Shown in pieces: positions 17,873 to 33,490 of a stretch of DNA of 64,000 nt. The position numbers and the translations under genes were made by a program. Position 1 is the stretch's first letter. Each line of letters begins with the position of its first letter. Source of the DNA: the human T2T-CHM13v2.0 reference genome, Homo sapiens; the NCBI RefSeq assembly GCF_009914755.1, contig NC_060940.1; one strand, 5' to 3'. The notes under the pieces were generated by a model. It was not told where the DNA came from. It saw only the letters and a program-made list of their open reading frames with translations, and searched no databases.

Positions 17873-19462
17873 GCTGCTCCTCTAGCTTGTTCATGTACAT
17901 CCCAGTAAAATCAAGTGGAGAAGATCATCCAGAGAAGACTGGGAGGAAAAGGGTTAGCATGCTTGCATCACCTTGGGTGAGGAATGAGTTAAATGCAATG
18001 ACCTTTGTGAATTTCAGCTGATGTCATTGTATAAGTCATGTATTTCCCTGGCAGCTGCTGTCTAAGACATGGTCTTCATCTTGAATTGGTTCTGGGTCAA
18101 CAGAAGCCTAGGCTGGGTTGATTAGCTCATTTCACTCTTCCCTGAGAGGCCTCTGAGGAGCTGGCCACACTGGGAGCTTTAGGAGGGTAGGATCAATGCC
18201 TTTGGATATCTGGGTGGGGTAGAGGGAGTTTTAAGTATAGAGAAAGGGGGAGGGGAGAGAGTGTTGAAAGGGTGCTGATGGCACATCTGGACAAGGGGCA
18301 GACCTGGGCCTACTTAAGATGGCATTGCATTGGGCTCAGGGTTTATAGAGCATAGAATATGCTTTACATGGAATGATGCCACCTCCACTGCCTGAGATGC
18401 ACTGTATAGACTGAGATGCTGCTGGAACTGTGGTGGGGGTGGGCAAGAGGGGTGGGTGGGGAGGCAGTGGGCATAATTTCCCTTCAGAGTCCTGTAGCAC
18501 AGAGTTCTGCCACAGAACACCACTGTTCTGCTTTAAACACCATTGCAAATGGTTAGCATTCACCTTAGCTGAATTTGTAGAGAGGGAGAGGAAAGAGGGA
18601 AAAGAGGAGAAAAAGAGAGAATGTGTTTGTCCAGCTCAATGCATATGGATGAGTTGGTTCTGGTGCTCCGATTTAATCAAATGATTCATATTTGTGGATG
18701 GGTGGGTGGGATGCCCCTTGGGCAGCAGAAGCAGAGTAGGCTGTGGGCTGAGCAAATACTTAGAAGCATGTCTGTTATAATCATGTTTTGCTTCTGGTCA
18801 GTGGCACAATATATATTTAACACATTCTCTTGGGAATATTAAAATCCAATATAATATAAGCCAGTGGCAAGTAGTCTTTCTTTTATTATATCCATTGGGC
18901 AACAGGTTGGTCAGCAGAGGGAAGAGAGATCAGAAAGCAGAAAGCTGGATGGAGGAATGACCTCTTCTCACTAACTCCAAAGTGTTGCATCTACCTTGAC
19001 CAGAATCCATGGCTTCTAAAAGAATTCATTGGAAGAAAGAAACAGGGAGGTGAAAAGAAAGGAGAGAATGGAGACGAGATAAATATAAGCAAGAAAAGTG
19101 AGTTTTTCTAGAAATAATTTTATTGTCAAATAATTCTGCAAGGGAACAAAGTCTTCTGAGAAGCATGAAGCATAATCTTTCTCCTTTCTGTTTTTTTCTA
19201 TTCCCTATTAAAAAACCTGTTAATTTTATATTAAAAACAAAATACGTTTCTTTTTTTTAGTGCTCTATAATTGTATAAGAATGTGTATCACTTCCTCCCC
19301 ATAATTTTGAGAATATTTCTGAAGACAGTGACATATTCTGACTCTTTAAGAACAAAACAATTCAATTTTAAAATCACTGAGTGACAGCAATCAAAGTTCT
19401 GAAGTGATGCAGTCCACCTCAGCACTCGTTCAAAATGTCATTAGAAAACCAACATATAGCGG

Positions 19463-19476
19463 GTTGTTATGGCAAC
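19463..19476. promoter_or_regulatory. RFX X-box motif
   Basis: GTTGTTATGGCAAC, near-palindromic match to GTTGCCATGGCAAC in non-repeat DNA. Confidence 0.45.
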
Positions 19477-19859
19477 TGGAATACCAGAGTTTATAACATC
19501 ACTGTAATTAATGTTACCCAAACGTTATTAGTCTTTCAACATCACTCACATTCTCTGAAGGAACGGCAGTTCTGGTTCTCTTAGGATTTTTCAATAATGT
19601 AATCCATTGCAGCTTTTCTTCACGTTTTATTTTTAAATAGATCTTACTCTGACTTTGCTTTAGTGAAATTAGTTATTGTTTCTCCGTCTTTACTTGTTCT
19701 ATTTTGGCTGCTATTTTTTTTTTTTATAAAACTTGAAGTAAAATGGAAAAAGGGGATTACAGCTAAAAAACAGAATAAAGTCTAGAGATGGAAAGATTTA
19801 TATATTTAAGTATGGAGAATCTCAGAAAAATATTAAAATATTTTGCATACAGCTTTGTA

Positions 19860-20050
19860 GTATTAACTCACATTTGCATAGCACTTTATAATTTAAGAAG
19901 CAGTTTTACATATGTTATTAACATAACATTATTTAACATAACAACCCTAAGAAGACAAGTAATAATTTTTGAGTGCCTACTACGTGACAGGTAATATGAT
20001 CTGCATACATAAATCTTTTAGTTCTCACCGCAATCTGCAAGATAGATGTT
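19860..20050 (-). mobile_element. MIR fragments
   Basis: atagcactttata..atttaacataacaaccct; gagtgcctactacgtg..ttctcaccgcaatctgcaagatag. Confidence 0.5.
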
Positions 20051-20077
20051 GTGGTTTAAAAATATGTCTCCATGGTT

Positions 20078-20318
20078 CAACAACAAATCAACAAATTACC
20101 TGATTTAAAAACAGGCAAATGACTTGAATAGACATTTTCCCAAAGATGATGTACTGATGGCCAATGAGCATATGAAAAGACACTAAATATCACTAATTAT
20201 TAGATAAATGCAAATCAAAAACCACAATGAGATATCACCTGAAATCAATTTAGTGGCTACTATGAAGAAACAGAAAATAATAAATAGTGGCAAAGATGAA
20301 ATGTTAAAATGCCAGATA
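20078..20318 (+). mobile_element. Old L1M ORF2 3' fragment
   Basis: gacttgaatagacattttcccaaagatg..aatgcaaatcaaaaccacaatgagatatcac. Confidence 0.8.
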
Positions 20319-20439
20319 CACCAAATCATGCAAACACAACATCAAAACACAGCTTGGTGGAGATGGAGTGACAGATGGGGAGGGGGAGAATGTGGAAAGG
20401 CTGGAAAACAGTCCCAAACGGACACACGTCTCCATGTGA

Positions 20440-20872
<433 letters not shown>

Positions 20873-23371
20873 AGAACACATTTCCTTTTAATGGAAACAG
20901 TAATTCTCTGTGGCTGCCCAGCCAGCCCACATTCCTCCACCAGGCCACCACGGCCTCTGAGGAAGCTGGACTGTGCAGCACACGCGGAGGTCATTGCTTA
21001 CTTAGATGGCAGTGAAGCATCCACGCGGGGGAAGCATCACTCCTCCCTAGACCTGGCAGCATACTCCCCAGTTCCTTTTTCTTGCTGAAATATTTCTCCG
21101 AGAGTGTTTTTGGGGTTGACTCTCAAGGGGGCTGATAGGACTGAGGATGGCTTCCTGCATGCCCATGTTTCATGGCGGTGAGCAGGATGCAGCCCTGGGT
21201 TCCAGGGTCCTTTCCTCTCGCATCTGAAGCTGTCACTCCCTTTCTTCTTGCATCCGTTGTCTGTGCTGCGATTCTAATGTCAGCACCACTCCCTTTCCTG
21301 TGCGGGTTACCTGCTTTTTCTCTTTGGAAGTTTTTAGCAATTTTGACTCAAAATGTAGATGCTTTTCTTTGAAATTACACATAACATTTTAACTTTAAAA
21401 TGTAATTAACGCTCTGCAGGCCCTTTCAGTTTGAGGATGTGCATCTTTTCTTAATTGGGGAAAGTTCCTAATCATTTTTCAGATACCTCCTCTTATCTAT
21501 TCATTTTTCCTCTTCTAAGCACTGAATATTTTTCCTCCCTCACCTCTGCCTCCTCAACCCCTTCAGATCCTTCTAGAAGAGCTCAGAGCCTGACCGGTCT
21601 CACTCGTTCATTTTCTAGTCTCCAACCTTCCCACCAAGTTCATCACTTAAGCACCTGCGTGTTCCAGTCCAGTATCCCCGGCTGCGTCTTCTGCATAATT
21701 GCCGATTCCAGCCGCGCTCTCCCTGCGTCCTGAGGGTATGTGACGGATTTACCGGTCTTATCCGCTCATCTGCTCCCTCCTCCAAGGAAAAACCTTGGGG
21801 TTTTTCCCTCCCGGAGTTCACTCCCCTCACTGTCTCGTTTCCTCAGGCCGCTGTCTGTTCCCTGGGTGTGGTCAGCTGCCTTCGTCTTAGGCCCCAGTTG
21901 ACACCTTCCTGGTGGGTTTCAGGGAGGCAGGCAGGGGCTCCTCAGGGCAGAGCCTCTGGCAGGATGACTGGGGCCCTCTTTGCTCATCCCCGGTGGCTGC
22001 TATGGTCTGCAGCGAACGCCCCTGTCCTTCTAGCTGGTGCTGTCTGTCCAGGGCTGCCCTGTGCTGTAATTGGCTGTCCTTGGGCTGGGGAGGAAGGCTG
22101 CCCAGGGGCCACCAGCCAGCCTGCCCAGGTGTCGTGGCCCTCACTCCAGGAGGCTCCTGAGGTGCTCTGGCCTTGCCTAGATTCCTGGGGCTGGTATGGG
22201 TGGGATCTTCTACAGGAAAGCAGGGCTGGCAGATGGCAGCTCCAGGTGGGCCCTGGAGCAGAGAGCTGCAGTCTGGCCCGGGTTGTGCTGTGTGGCCTCC
22301 TCCACTCAGACTCTGGTTCCCCTCCTGTCCCAGACTCCACCACGTTTGCCCAGCCTCCACAAGGCTCTCAGGGGTCCTCTTAGGTTCTGGGCTCCATCAA
22401 CTGTCATCCCTTTGATGGCATCTCCAAGGTTTGGATTCATGGGAAGGAGCCAGCAGCCTGTATTAATTAATCCCCTCATAAAGGAACCAAAAGCCAAATT
22501 TACAAACAAAAATCATAACATTAGATGCTGTCAGGGGCAGAGGAAATGGAGACGTGGAAACGCTGCTGGTGGGCGTGTGAACTGTCACACCCTCCCGAGG
22601 ACCTCCTGGCAACTCGTTCCAAATGTCTGGAGAGTGGACCCCGGCATTCTATGACGAGGTGGCATCTGCCCTCTAAATACAACTAGACACCCTGGAAAAA
22701 ATTTAACAGACATAAGAGGACTCTAGGAAGTGGAGAGGAAGAAAGGCTGTCCAGGAACCTCAGGACTTTGGGGGTGATGCTGTACCAGGCCCTGAGTTTT
22801 CTTTTTCTCTCTCATCTCCTGGATGGGCCCAGAGAACCCTGCAACCTGTAACTGCCAAAACCTGCAGGGGGAAAAAAGAAAAGAAAAAGAGCCTATTTTC
22901 TCTGGTGAAAGGACTGAGAAGGGCATCTCACTGGAGACCCAGCGAGGAGATTCCTACTGATCCATGTCACAGCAGCTCCGCTCAGGCCTGGCCCTCAGCA
23001 TCACACCCAGGCCACAACAGGCTCTGCTGACCTTGGCGCAGAGACCACACCCAGAACCCGGCGTTTCCTTAACCTACCCCCGCCGCACAGGGCAACCCCA
23101 GCAACATGCGCAGGGATTGAACCAGAGCCCCAGCAGATCCAGAAGAACAAACCAGACCAGAATAGCACTGGGAGGGCTTTGAAAACTAAATTGTCATTGA
23201 CTCTACATTTCCCCTAAAGCAGGCTGGGGCTGCTTTAGGTACCAATTAAGGGTACCATGGACTGAACTGGAATGTTCAAATAGGATAAAAAGTTTCTTTA
23301 CATAATAACCGAAATCTCCAGAACATATTTGAAATTATTTGTCATATCAGGAAACATAAAAAGCAACTTGA

Positions 23372-23675
23372 AGCCTGGTGAGGGGGCTCCCACCTGTAAT
23401 CCCAGCACTTTGGAAGGTCAATCAGGAGGATGGCTTGAGCCCAGGAGTTGAGATCAGCCTGGGCAACACAGCATGACCCCGTCTCTACAAACAATTTAAA
23501 AATTAGCCAGCTGTGGTGGCACACACCTGTGGTGCCAGCTACTTAGGAGGCTGAAGCAGGAGGACCACTTGAGCCCTACAGTTTGAGGCTGCAGTGAGCC
23601 GAGATCGTGTTACTGCACACCAGTCTGAGCATCAAAGTAAGACTCTGTCTCAAAAACATAACAGAGCAAAACAAA
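23372..23675 (+). mobile_element. AluJ
   Basis: Diverged Alu dimer; TSD aaaaa(g/a)caactt. Confidence 0.9.
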
Positions 23676-24923
23676 AAACAACTTAAATAGGAAAATAAGA
23701 TTAATCAAGATAAATCAGATGTTAGAACTTTAAAGCAGCCATCATAAAAGTGCTTCAGAAAACAATGGCGAATTTTCTTGAAACAAGAACAAAATGAAAA
23801 TCATACAACTGAAAAATACAATAACTAAATGAAAAAATGGGCAGTTGGGTTCAATAGCAGAGTGGACACGACAGAGAACAGAGTCTGTTGATTCAAGGAC
23901 AATTAATAGAGCTGGCCCAGAGGAACGATGGAGAGATAGGAGACTGAGAAATGAACGCCTCCTCGGGGATGGGTGGGACAGTGACAAAAGGCCCAGCGTT
24001 CCTGTCACCAGAGTCCCAGGAGGAGAGGAAGGAATGTGTGGTGAAAAAGTATTCAAAGGCACAGTGGTTGAAGATGTCCCAAATTTGGTGAAAGAAATAA
24101 ACCTGCAGATTCAAGAATCTGAGCAAACCCCAAATAGGATAAACACATCATAACGGAACTTCAGGAAAGGAAAGACGAAGAAAAAAATCTTTTAAACCAC
24201 CAGAGAAAAACGATGCATTAAGGGACACTGGTTCTGAGGATGGTGGGCTTCTCTAAAACCACAAGGCAGAGGGGGCGACACACCATCGCCAGGTGCTGAG
24301 AAAAACTGTCTGCCCAGAACCCTATTCAGTGAATGTATCCTTCAGGGATGAGGGGGAAATAAAGATATTCTAAGAGGAAGGACAACTAGGATAATTTGTT
24401 ACCAGAAAACCTACCCTTAATAAATGGCTGAAGGAAGCTCTCCTAACAAAAAGGAAATAAGGAAATCAGAAATTGCAACAAAAGAAGGGGTAATCATATG
24501 GTAAGTATAATAGACTATGATGAGTTTCTTAAATTGTATTTTATGGTTGAAGCAAAAAATAATAACATCATCTGCTGCGGTGCTCTACATCTGAACAGGA
24601 AATATTTATGATAATTACATGTTTAAGTGGGGGAGGAAAAGGGGAAGTAAATAAAAGTAAGCTTTTGATATTTCTCATGAAGTGGTGAAACATTGATGCC
24701 AGCAGGCTGTGATAAGTTACATGTGTATATTATAATCAATCCTAGAGCAGCCACTTAGAAAACGATACAAAGCAATGCACCCAAAAGTATAAATAATTCA
24801 AAATGAAATGCTAAAAACTGTTTAAGTAATCCATGACAAGTGAAACGAAACAGGATAAAGGAAACATAAGAAACATGCAGAAAGCAAATAAAAATGGCAC
24901 ATTTGAATCCTAAATATGATTTC

Positions 24924-25540
24924 TGTGTGGTAAAGAATTTGGCCTAGCCCAAAGAAGAGGTCTAGCCTTTGTCCTGGCTCCTGGAAAGTAGTCCTGAAGA
25001 CCATGTGACAGGAGGGTCTTTGCTATTCATGGTGGGCCCCTCAGACTATACCTGAAGTTTATGCTACCAGCTGGCTCATGGTGGGCCCTCCCAGGAATGT
25101 GCCGTCAGCCCCAGATTCCAGGAAAGGGAGAGGTGAAGATAGAGTTCCAACCAGTCTCCAACAGATCAGTCAATTATGGCTGCACAATGCAGTTCCAGGA
25201 AACACTCTGGACACCAAGGCTTGGGTGAGATTCCTAGGTTGGCAGTGCTTCATGGTATTGTCACACGTGGATGCTGGGAGAGTAATGCACCTGAGGACAA
25301 CAGAGGCTTCACAGACCCTCCTAGCCCTGCCCTCTGTGCTGGTTCTGATTTGTATCCTTTCCCTGCAGTAAACAGTAACCATGTGTATAGCAGTTTTCAA
25401 TGAGTTCTGTGAGTTCTTCCAGCAAATGATTGAAACTTAGGGTGCTTTGGAAACCTCTAAAACTTGCTGTTGGTGTCAGGAATGAGGGAAATTTTAGGAA
25501 CCATGCCCTCAGACTTTGCAGCTTGGTTAAATCTGGGAAA
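24924..25540 (+). mobile_element. MER21C-like LTR
   Basis: TGTG..taaagaatttggcctagcccaaagaagaggtctagcctttg start matches recalled MER21C. Confidence 0.75.
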
Positions 25541-26312
25541 AACACAGAAATAGCAGATTAATGCAAAAATATGACCCATTATATGATGTCCATAAGATAT
25601 TCAGTTCTAATACCATGGCATAGGTATTTAATAGATTCAAAGTGAAAGAACAGAAAAAAAATTTCATGCAAACAAACAGGAACTTTTAAAAAAGCAGGAG
25701 TTGCTATAATAATATCAGATAGAGTTCATGGCAAAAAGAATTTCTAGGACAAAAGAGGAATATTACATAATAACAAAAGAGCAAGAGTATATCTTGATCC
25801 TAAATATATGTGCACCAAACAACACAGCTTCAAAACACATGAAGCAAAACCTGATAGAGCTTAAAAAAGAAATAGAAAAATCCATAATTATAGTTGGGAT
25901 ATGTCGACATCTCACTTTCAGAATTTGTAAAATCACTAGACAAAAATCATCAGCAAGAATATAGGATAAATAAACAATATTATTAGCCAATAGGGTATAA
26001 TTAACATTTATGGAAAACTCTATCCATCAACAGCAAACTATGCGTTATTTTCAAGCTCTTATAGAACAGACTCTAGATCTTAAAACAAACCTTAACAAAT
26101 TTTTAAAAACTGAAATCATACAAAGAGTGTCCTCTGACCACAATGGAATCAAACTGGAAATAAATTGCAGAAAGACAAGAGAAAAATCTGCAAACACTTG
26201 GAAATTAAGCAGTAAACATTTATATACAATGTGGACAAGAAGAAATCTCAAAGGGAATTTTTAAAAAGCAAGTAACACAATGAAAATATGGCATATCAAA
26301 ATTTGTGGATGC

Positions 26313-26597
26313 GGCTGGGTGCAATGGCTTACTCCTGTAATCCCAGCACTTTGGGAGGCTGTGGTGGGTGGATCGCTTTTTGAGCCCAGGAGTTCAAGAC
26401 TAGCCTGGGCAACATGGTGAAATCCCTATCTCTGCAAAAAATTAGCCAGGTGTGGTGGCATGCACCTGTAGTCCCAGTTACTTGGGAGGCTGAGATAGGG
26501 AGGATTGCTTGAGCCCGGAAGGTTGAGGCTGCAGCGAGTGGAGATTGTGCTACTGCACTCCAGCTTCAGTGACAGAATGAGACCCTGTCTTAAAAAA
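26313..26597 (+). mobile_element. AluJ
   Basis: Diverged Alu dimer inside L1 ORF2. Confidence 0.9.
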
Positions 26598-29054
26598 CAA
26601 TTGAGGGATTCAGCTATAGCAGAGCTGAGAGAGAAATTTATAGCACTAAATCCTTATATTAGTAATATGGAAAGTTCTCAAACCAGTAGTCAAAGAACTA
26701 AAAGAGGAATAGCAAAACAAAGTTAAGGAAAATAGGACGGAAAGTGAAGAGCAGAAATTGATGAAATTAAAAACAGGAAAGCAATGCAGAACATTAAGGA
26801 AATAAAAAACAAGTTCTTCAAAAAATTAATAAAACTGATAATCCTCTAGGATGATCAACAAAGATAAAAGGAGATAACACACACATCACCAATATCAGGA
26901 ATGAAACAAGAAATATCACAAAAGAGGCTGCATCTATGAAAAATGCTATAAAAATTTTATGCTCATACATTTGACAGCCTAGGAAAAAATGAATCAATTC
27001 CTTGAAAATCACAAATTACCACAACTCAGAAAAGATGAAATATATAAAAGCCTGAATAGTCCTATAATCATTATATAAATTGGATTTGTAACTAAAAAGC
27101 TCCTGAACACAATATATCCAGACCCAATAGTTTCACTGAAGAATTTACCAAATATTTAAAGAAGAATCAACACCAGTTTTACACAGTCTCTTCCAGAAAA
27201 TAGAAGAGGCAGGACTATGATATCATTATTTTGATATCAAAACAGAACAAAGACAGCACAAAGGAAGGAAGGAAGGGAGGGAGGAAGGAGGCAGGGACAG
27301 AGGAAAGAACCCTGCAGGCTGATTTTGCTCATAAGCTTAGATGGAAAAATCCTCAAGACAGTGTTAGCAAATCAAATTTAGTAATGCATAAAAAGAGTAG
27401 TAGACCACAATCAAGAGGAATTTCACTCAAGTTATGCAAGACTGTTTTAATATTTGAAAAGCCAATCCACATATTCTGCCTTGTAAACTGAAGAAGAAAA
27501 ATCATATGATCTTATCAATTGACATAGGAAAAGGTTTTGACAAAATTCAAAACCCATTCATGATATAAACTCTTAGAAAACTTGGAATAGAGGGTAATTT
27601 CCTCCAACTTCATAAAGAGCATTTACAAAAATCTACAGTTAACATCACACTTAATGGTGAAAGAATGAATGCTTTCCCCTTAAGAGCAGGAACAAGGCAA
27701 GAATGTTCCCTTTCACCATTTTAATTCAAGATAGTACTAGAAGTTCTAACCAGTGTAATAAGACCAGAAAAAGAAATAAAAAGTTGCAGATTGAAAAGAA
27801 AGAAAGAAAACCATCACTACTTGCACGTGGCATAATCATCTACATAAACAGTCCCACAGAATAAAAAAAAAAATCCTTGATATAAAGAGTGAGAATATCA
27901 AGGCTGCAACACACAAGAATAACACACATACACAAATTGCATCTCTCTATGGTAACAATAAAAAAGTGGAAATCAAAATAAAAACTGCAATACCATTTAC
28001 AACTGCTCAAAATACATGAAGTATTAATATGTAGGAATAAATCTAATAAAACATATACAGGAGAATATAGTGCAAATTACAAAATTCTGCTGAAAGAAAT
28101 CAAATATCTACATAAATGGAGAGTCATGCCATATTCAGGGATGGGAAGTCTCAACATAGAGGTCAGCTTCCTTCAAATTGCAGGTTTAATACAATTCTAA
28201 ATCTTGGCATTGTTTTTTGTATACATATGCAAACTTATTGTAAACTTTATATTAAAAGGAAGTGGCCCTAGGTTAGCTGAAACAATTCTGAAAAAGAATA
28301 ATTAAATGGAAGAAATCACTGTACCAATTATTAAAGCTTACTCTACAACTACAGTAATCTGAGAACTCAGTATGGTGCTGGTGGAGGGAGAGACATATTA
28401 ATTACTGGTGCAGGACAGAGATCCCACCCCAGAAATATGCTTAATTAATTTTTGAGAAAGATGCAACAGCAGTTTAGTAGAGGAGTGATAGCCCTTTCAA
28501 CAAGTGCTGCAGGAACAATCAGACATCCATAGGCAAGGAGATGAGGCTTGGCCTGACCTTCACATTTTATACAAAACATAACACAAGGATCATGGGCTTA
28601 AATGTCAAACAGTAATATTTTCAGGAAAAAAAAATAGAAGAAAATCTTCAGGACCAGAGACTAGGCAGAGCCCTTAGACTTGACATCAAAATACAATTCA
28701 TAAAAGAAAAAATTGATAAATTGGACCTCATCAAAATTAATTTTTTTTGGCTCTGCAAAAGATGCAATTGGGATGATGGAAAGATAAGTTACAGAATGAG
28801 AGAAAATATTTGCAAATCACATATCTGACAAAGAACTTGTGTCAAGAATAAAGAACACTCAGAACTCAACATAAAATAAATAAGTAATCAAATTAAAAAT
28901 GCACAAATGACATGAACAGATATTTGACCAAAGAAAATATTCTTTGTACATGAAAGGATGGTCAGCAACATTAGCCATTAGGAAAGTTGAAATTAAAACC
29001 ACAATGAGACATCAGTACATATTAGAATGGCTTTTTAAAAAGTGATTAGCACTA

Positions 29055-29168
29055 GGCTGGGTGCAGTAGCTCACGCTCGTAATCCCAGAATTTTGGGAGG
29101 CCGACGCGAGTGGATCATTTGAGATCAGAAGTTCGAGACCAGCATGGCCAACAGGGTGAAACCCCATC
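29055..29168 (+). mobile_element. Alu left arm, truncated at junction with ERV-L
   Basis: GGCTGGGTGCAGTAGCTC..GTGAAACCCCATC, then an abrupt switch. Confidence 0.85.
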
Positions 29169-29712
29169 ACCCCTAGTGACCCACTAGCAAAAGTTTTGCT
29201 TCTTGTCCCCACCACCTTATGCTCTGCTGGGCTAGAGGTCTTAGTTCCAGAGGGAGGAAAGCTGCCGCCAAGAGACACAGGGATGATCCATTGCGCTGGA
29301 AGTTTAGGCTGCCATCTGTTGGCACTAAGCTCCTCATGCCTCTGGATCAACAGGTAAAGAAGGAGTTAACTACGTTGGTGGGGGTGGCTGGTCCAGATCA
29401 CCAAGGAGAAACTGCCCTGCTGCTTCACAATGGACTGAGGAAGAGCATGTCTGAGGTACAGGAGGGCCCTCATGGCATGCGCTGTGATTAAGATCAATGG
29501 AAAAGCACAACAGCCCAATCTAGGCAGGATTAATAATGGTCCAGAACCTTCATGAATGAACGTTCCCCCACCAGGTTAAAAACCACAACCAGCGGAGGCT
29601 TCCTGAAGGCAAAGGGAATACAGACTGGGGAGTGGAAGAAGGTAGTTATAGGACCATGTGACCAGCTACAGAAACCAGGACTGCAATTGTCATGAATGTT
29701 TCCTCCTTATTT
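29164..29712 (+). mobile_element. ERV-L (HERV-L) internal fragment, dUTPase / pol 3' region, degraded
   Basis: Frames give PSDPLAKVLLLVPTTLCSAGLEVLVPEGG and WKFRLPS..LLMPLDQQVKKELTTLVGVAGPDHQGETALLLHNG, matching the recalled HERV-L dUTPase. Confidence 0.85.
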
Positions 29713-29737
29713 GCTGAGAGAGAAAGAGAGAGAGTGT

Positions 29738-30620
29738 TTAAAGCTTTGGAAGAAAACATAGGAAGAAATCTTCATTAATTGAGGTTAGGGAAATTGTTCT
29801 TAGACATGATGCCAAATGCATGTAAAAGCAAAAATCCATCAATTAGACTTGATCAAAATAAAAAATATAGCTTTGCAAAAGACACTGTTAAAAGACACTG
29901 AAAAGACAGCTATAGGCTGGGAGAGAATATCTACAAACCACATATCCAACAAAGAAAGTAGTCCGACATATATAAAGAACTCTTAAAATCAATAGTTAGA
30001 AAACCATCCAAACAAAAGTGGGTAAAAGACTTGGACCCTCACCAAAGAGGATGCTCTATGTGGAAGACAGCAAGCCTATGAGAGATCATCAACACTAATC
30101 ATTAGGGAAATGCAAATCAAAACCATAGTGAGGTGCCACTGGAAAGCACTTTGACAGTTCTGTTAAACCACATGGCCCAGCAGTCCCATAATGATTTTTC
30201 CTGGAGTAAGGAAAATTTGTGTTCACATGAAAACCTCTGTAGAAATGTTTATGGCAACTCTATGCATAATCGCCTAAATCTGGACACAACCACACATCCT
30301 CCCATGGATGAAGAGGTAACTACCTGTGTCTCCCTGTGCAGGCTAACACCATTCCACAATTGAAAGGAACATGCCACTGACACACAGTGCATTGGGGTGG
30401 ATCTCAAAAACATGATGCTTAGTGAAAGCAGCCAGTTACAAAGAGCCCATGCTGCGTATCTCCACTCACACGACCTTCCCAAGACAACAGTGTGACAGGG
30501 ATAGAAGGCAAATCAGCAGTCAGCAGGTTGGGTGGGAAGGGCTGGACTCCAGCAAGAGGGGTGCAGTTCCTCGGCATCCTGACTATGGAACCTTGTACGT
30601 GTGAAAATTCTCAGACCTAA
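29738..30620 (+). mobile_element. Second old L1M ORF2 3' part and 3'UTR fragment
   Basis: Restarts at an L1 position already passed at 28635-29010, so a separate element. Confidence 0.7.
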
Positions 30621-30814
30621 ACACCTCTTTTAAATGGGACCAGATGGGGAAATAAAACTATCATTTTTTGGTCATCTGTTTCATATCAGTCACCACAGGT
30701 ACAGTTGTGATCCTTGAACAACACAAGTCTGAACTACATGGGTCCACCTACATACAGATTTTTTCTTAAAAAAATTTTTTTTTAAATTAAATCTTCTTAA
30801 ATAGACATGGGGTT

Positions 30815-31122
<308 letters not shown>

Positions 31123-32222
31123 AGACACGGGGTCTCGCTATGTTGCTCAGACTGGTCTCGAACTCCAGGACTCAAGTAACCCTCCCAACCTTGGACTCCC
31201 AAATTGCTAGGATCACAGGCATGAACCACCACACCTGGCCCACTTTTTTTTCAATAAATATATTGGAAAAATGTATTGGAAAATTTCATATCAGCCATGC
31301 CAGCAGACGTGAATCCTTGCTCTTCTGGCCAAATACTTTTTTACCTGGTCTTGGAAATGCAGCTTTTGGACAGATGTAGTAGCTCATGCTTGTAATCCCA
31401 GCACTTTGGGAGGCTGAGGCAGGAGGATCACTGGAGCCTAGGAGATGGAGGTTGCAGTAAGCATTGCAACCATTTGAAGAAACTTGCAGATGAACCTTGT
31501 AGCCTAGAAATATTGAAAAAGTTAAGAAAAAGGTATGTCATGAATGCATAAAATACTAGCATATTTTTATCATTTACCAACATAAAACATACATAAATCA
31601 ATTATAAACAGTTAAAATTTATCAAAAGTTATGCACACAAACACAGTATATGGTGCCAGTCAAGAGAAATGTAAACAAATGTAAAGATGCAGTATTAAGT
31701 CATAATTGCATAAATTAATGGGAGCCCACCGTACTACTGTAACAATTCTGTCACCCCTCCCGCTACTATTGCAGTGCGCTCAGGTGTCCAGGGTCCACTT
31801 AAAATGCCATGTGACACTAGCCATCTCCACGTGAGCACTTGTCTCTCCTGTAGATTGTGTATCACAGTGAAAAGTAATCTCTTGTGGTTCTCATGTATTT
31901 TTCATGTTTAGTGCAATACCATAAACCTGAAGAAGACAACGAGACGTGTATGAAATGCCACTAGTGATGCTGGAAGTGCTGCCAAGAAGCAGAGAAAAGT
32001 CTTGACAGTACAAGAAAAAGGTGGATTGATTGATATGTACTGTAGACTGAGGTCTGCAGCTGTGGTTGCCCACCATTTCAAGATAAATTAATCCAGCCTA
32101 AGAACCATTGTAAAAAAAGAAAAGGAAATTCGCAGTGTCATCACTGCAGGCATGCTAGCAGACATGAAACTTTGCTCTTTTTGCCAAATACCTTTTTATC
32201 TAGTCTTGAAAATATAGCTTTT

Positions 32223-32416
32223 GGCTGGATGTAGTAGCTCATGCCTTTAATCCCAGCACTTTGGTAGACCGAGTCAGGAGGATCACTTGAGCCCAGGAGG
32301 TGGAGGCTGCAGTAAGCCAAGATCACACAACTGCACTCCAGCCTGGAAGCGAGGCTCTGTCAGGGGGGGTGGGGGGGGAAGAAGATGAAAGAAGGAAAGA
32401 AGGACAGAGAAATAGA
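32223..32416 (+). mobile_element. FRAM-like Alu monomer
   Basis: Single-arm Alu; TSD gaaaat(at/gc)agctttt. Confidence 0.8.
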
Positions 32417-32540
32417 GAAAATGCAGCTTTTATGTGGGTGCAGGATATCTATAAGAAAAGCATATCTATAGACTCTAATATGATTCAAGAAAAACTGATG
32501 TCATTATATGACAACCTAAAATGAAAGACTGGTGGAGGAT

Positions 32541-33490
<950 letters not shown>

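Larger units (their letters stand above)
22690..29050 (+). mobile_element. Old L1M (L1MC/MD-type) from 5' region through ORF2, interrupted by Alus and MER21
   Basis: ORF1 remnant 23845-24153 (VPNLVKEINLQIQESEQTPNRIN); EN remnants 25728-26264 (LNICAPNN, SDHNGIKLEIN); colinear ORF2 text to 29040. Confidence 0.85.

Noticed and set aside
21868-22654. Cluster of 120-170 aa overlapping ORFs
   Set aside because: Open on both strands in GC-rich DNA, low-complexity composition, no recognisable homology
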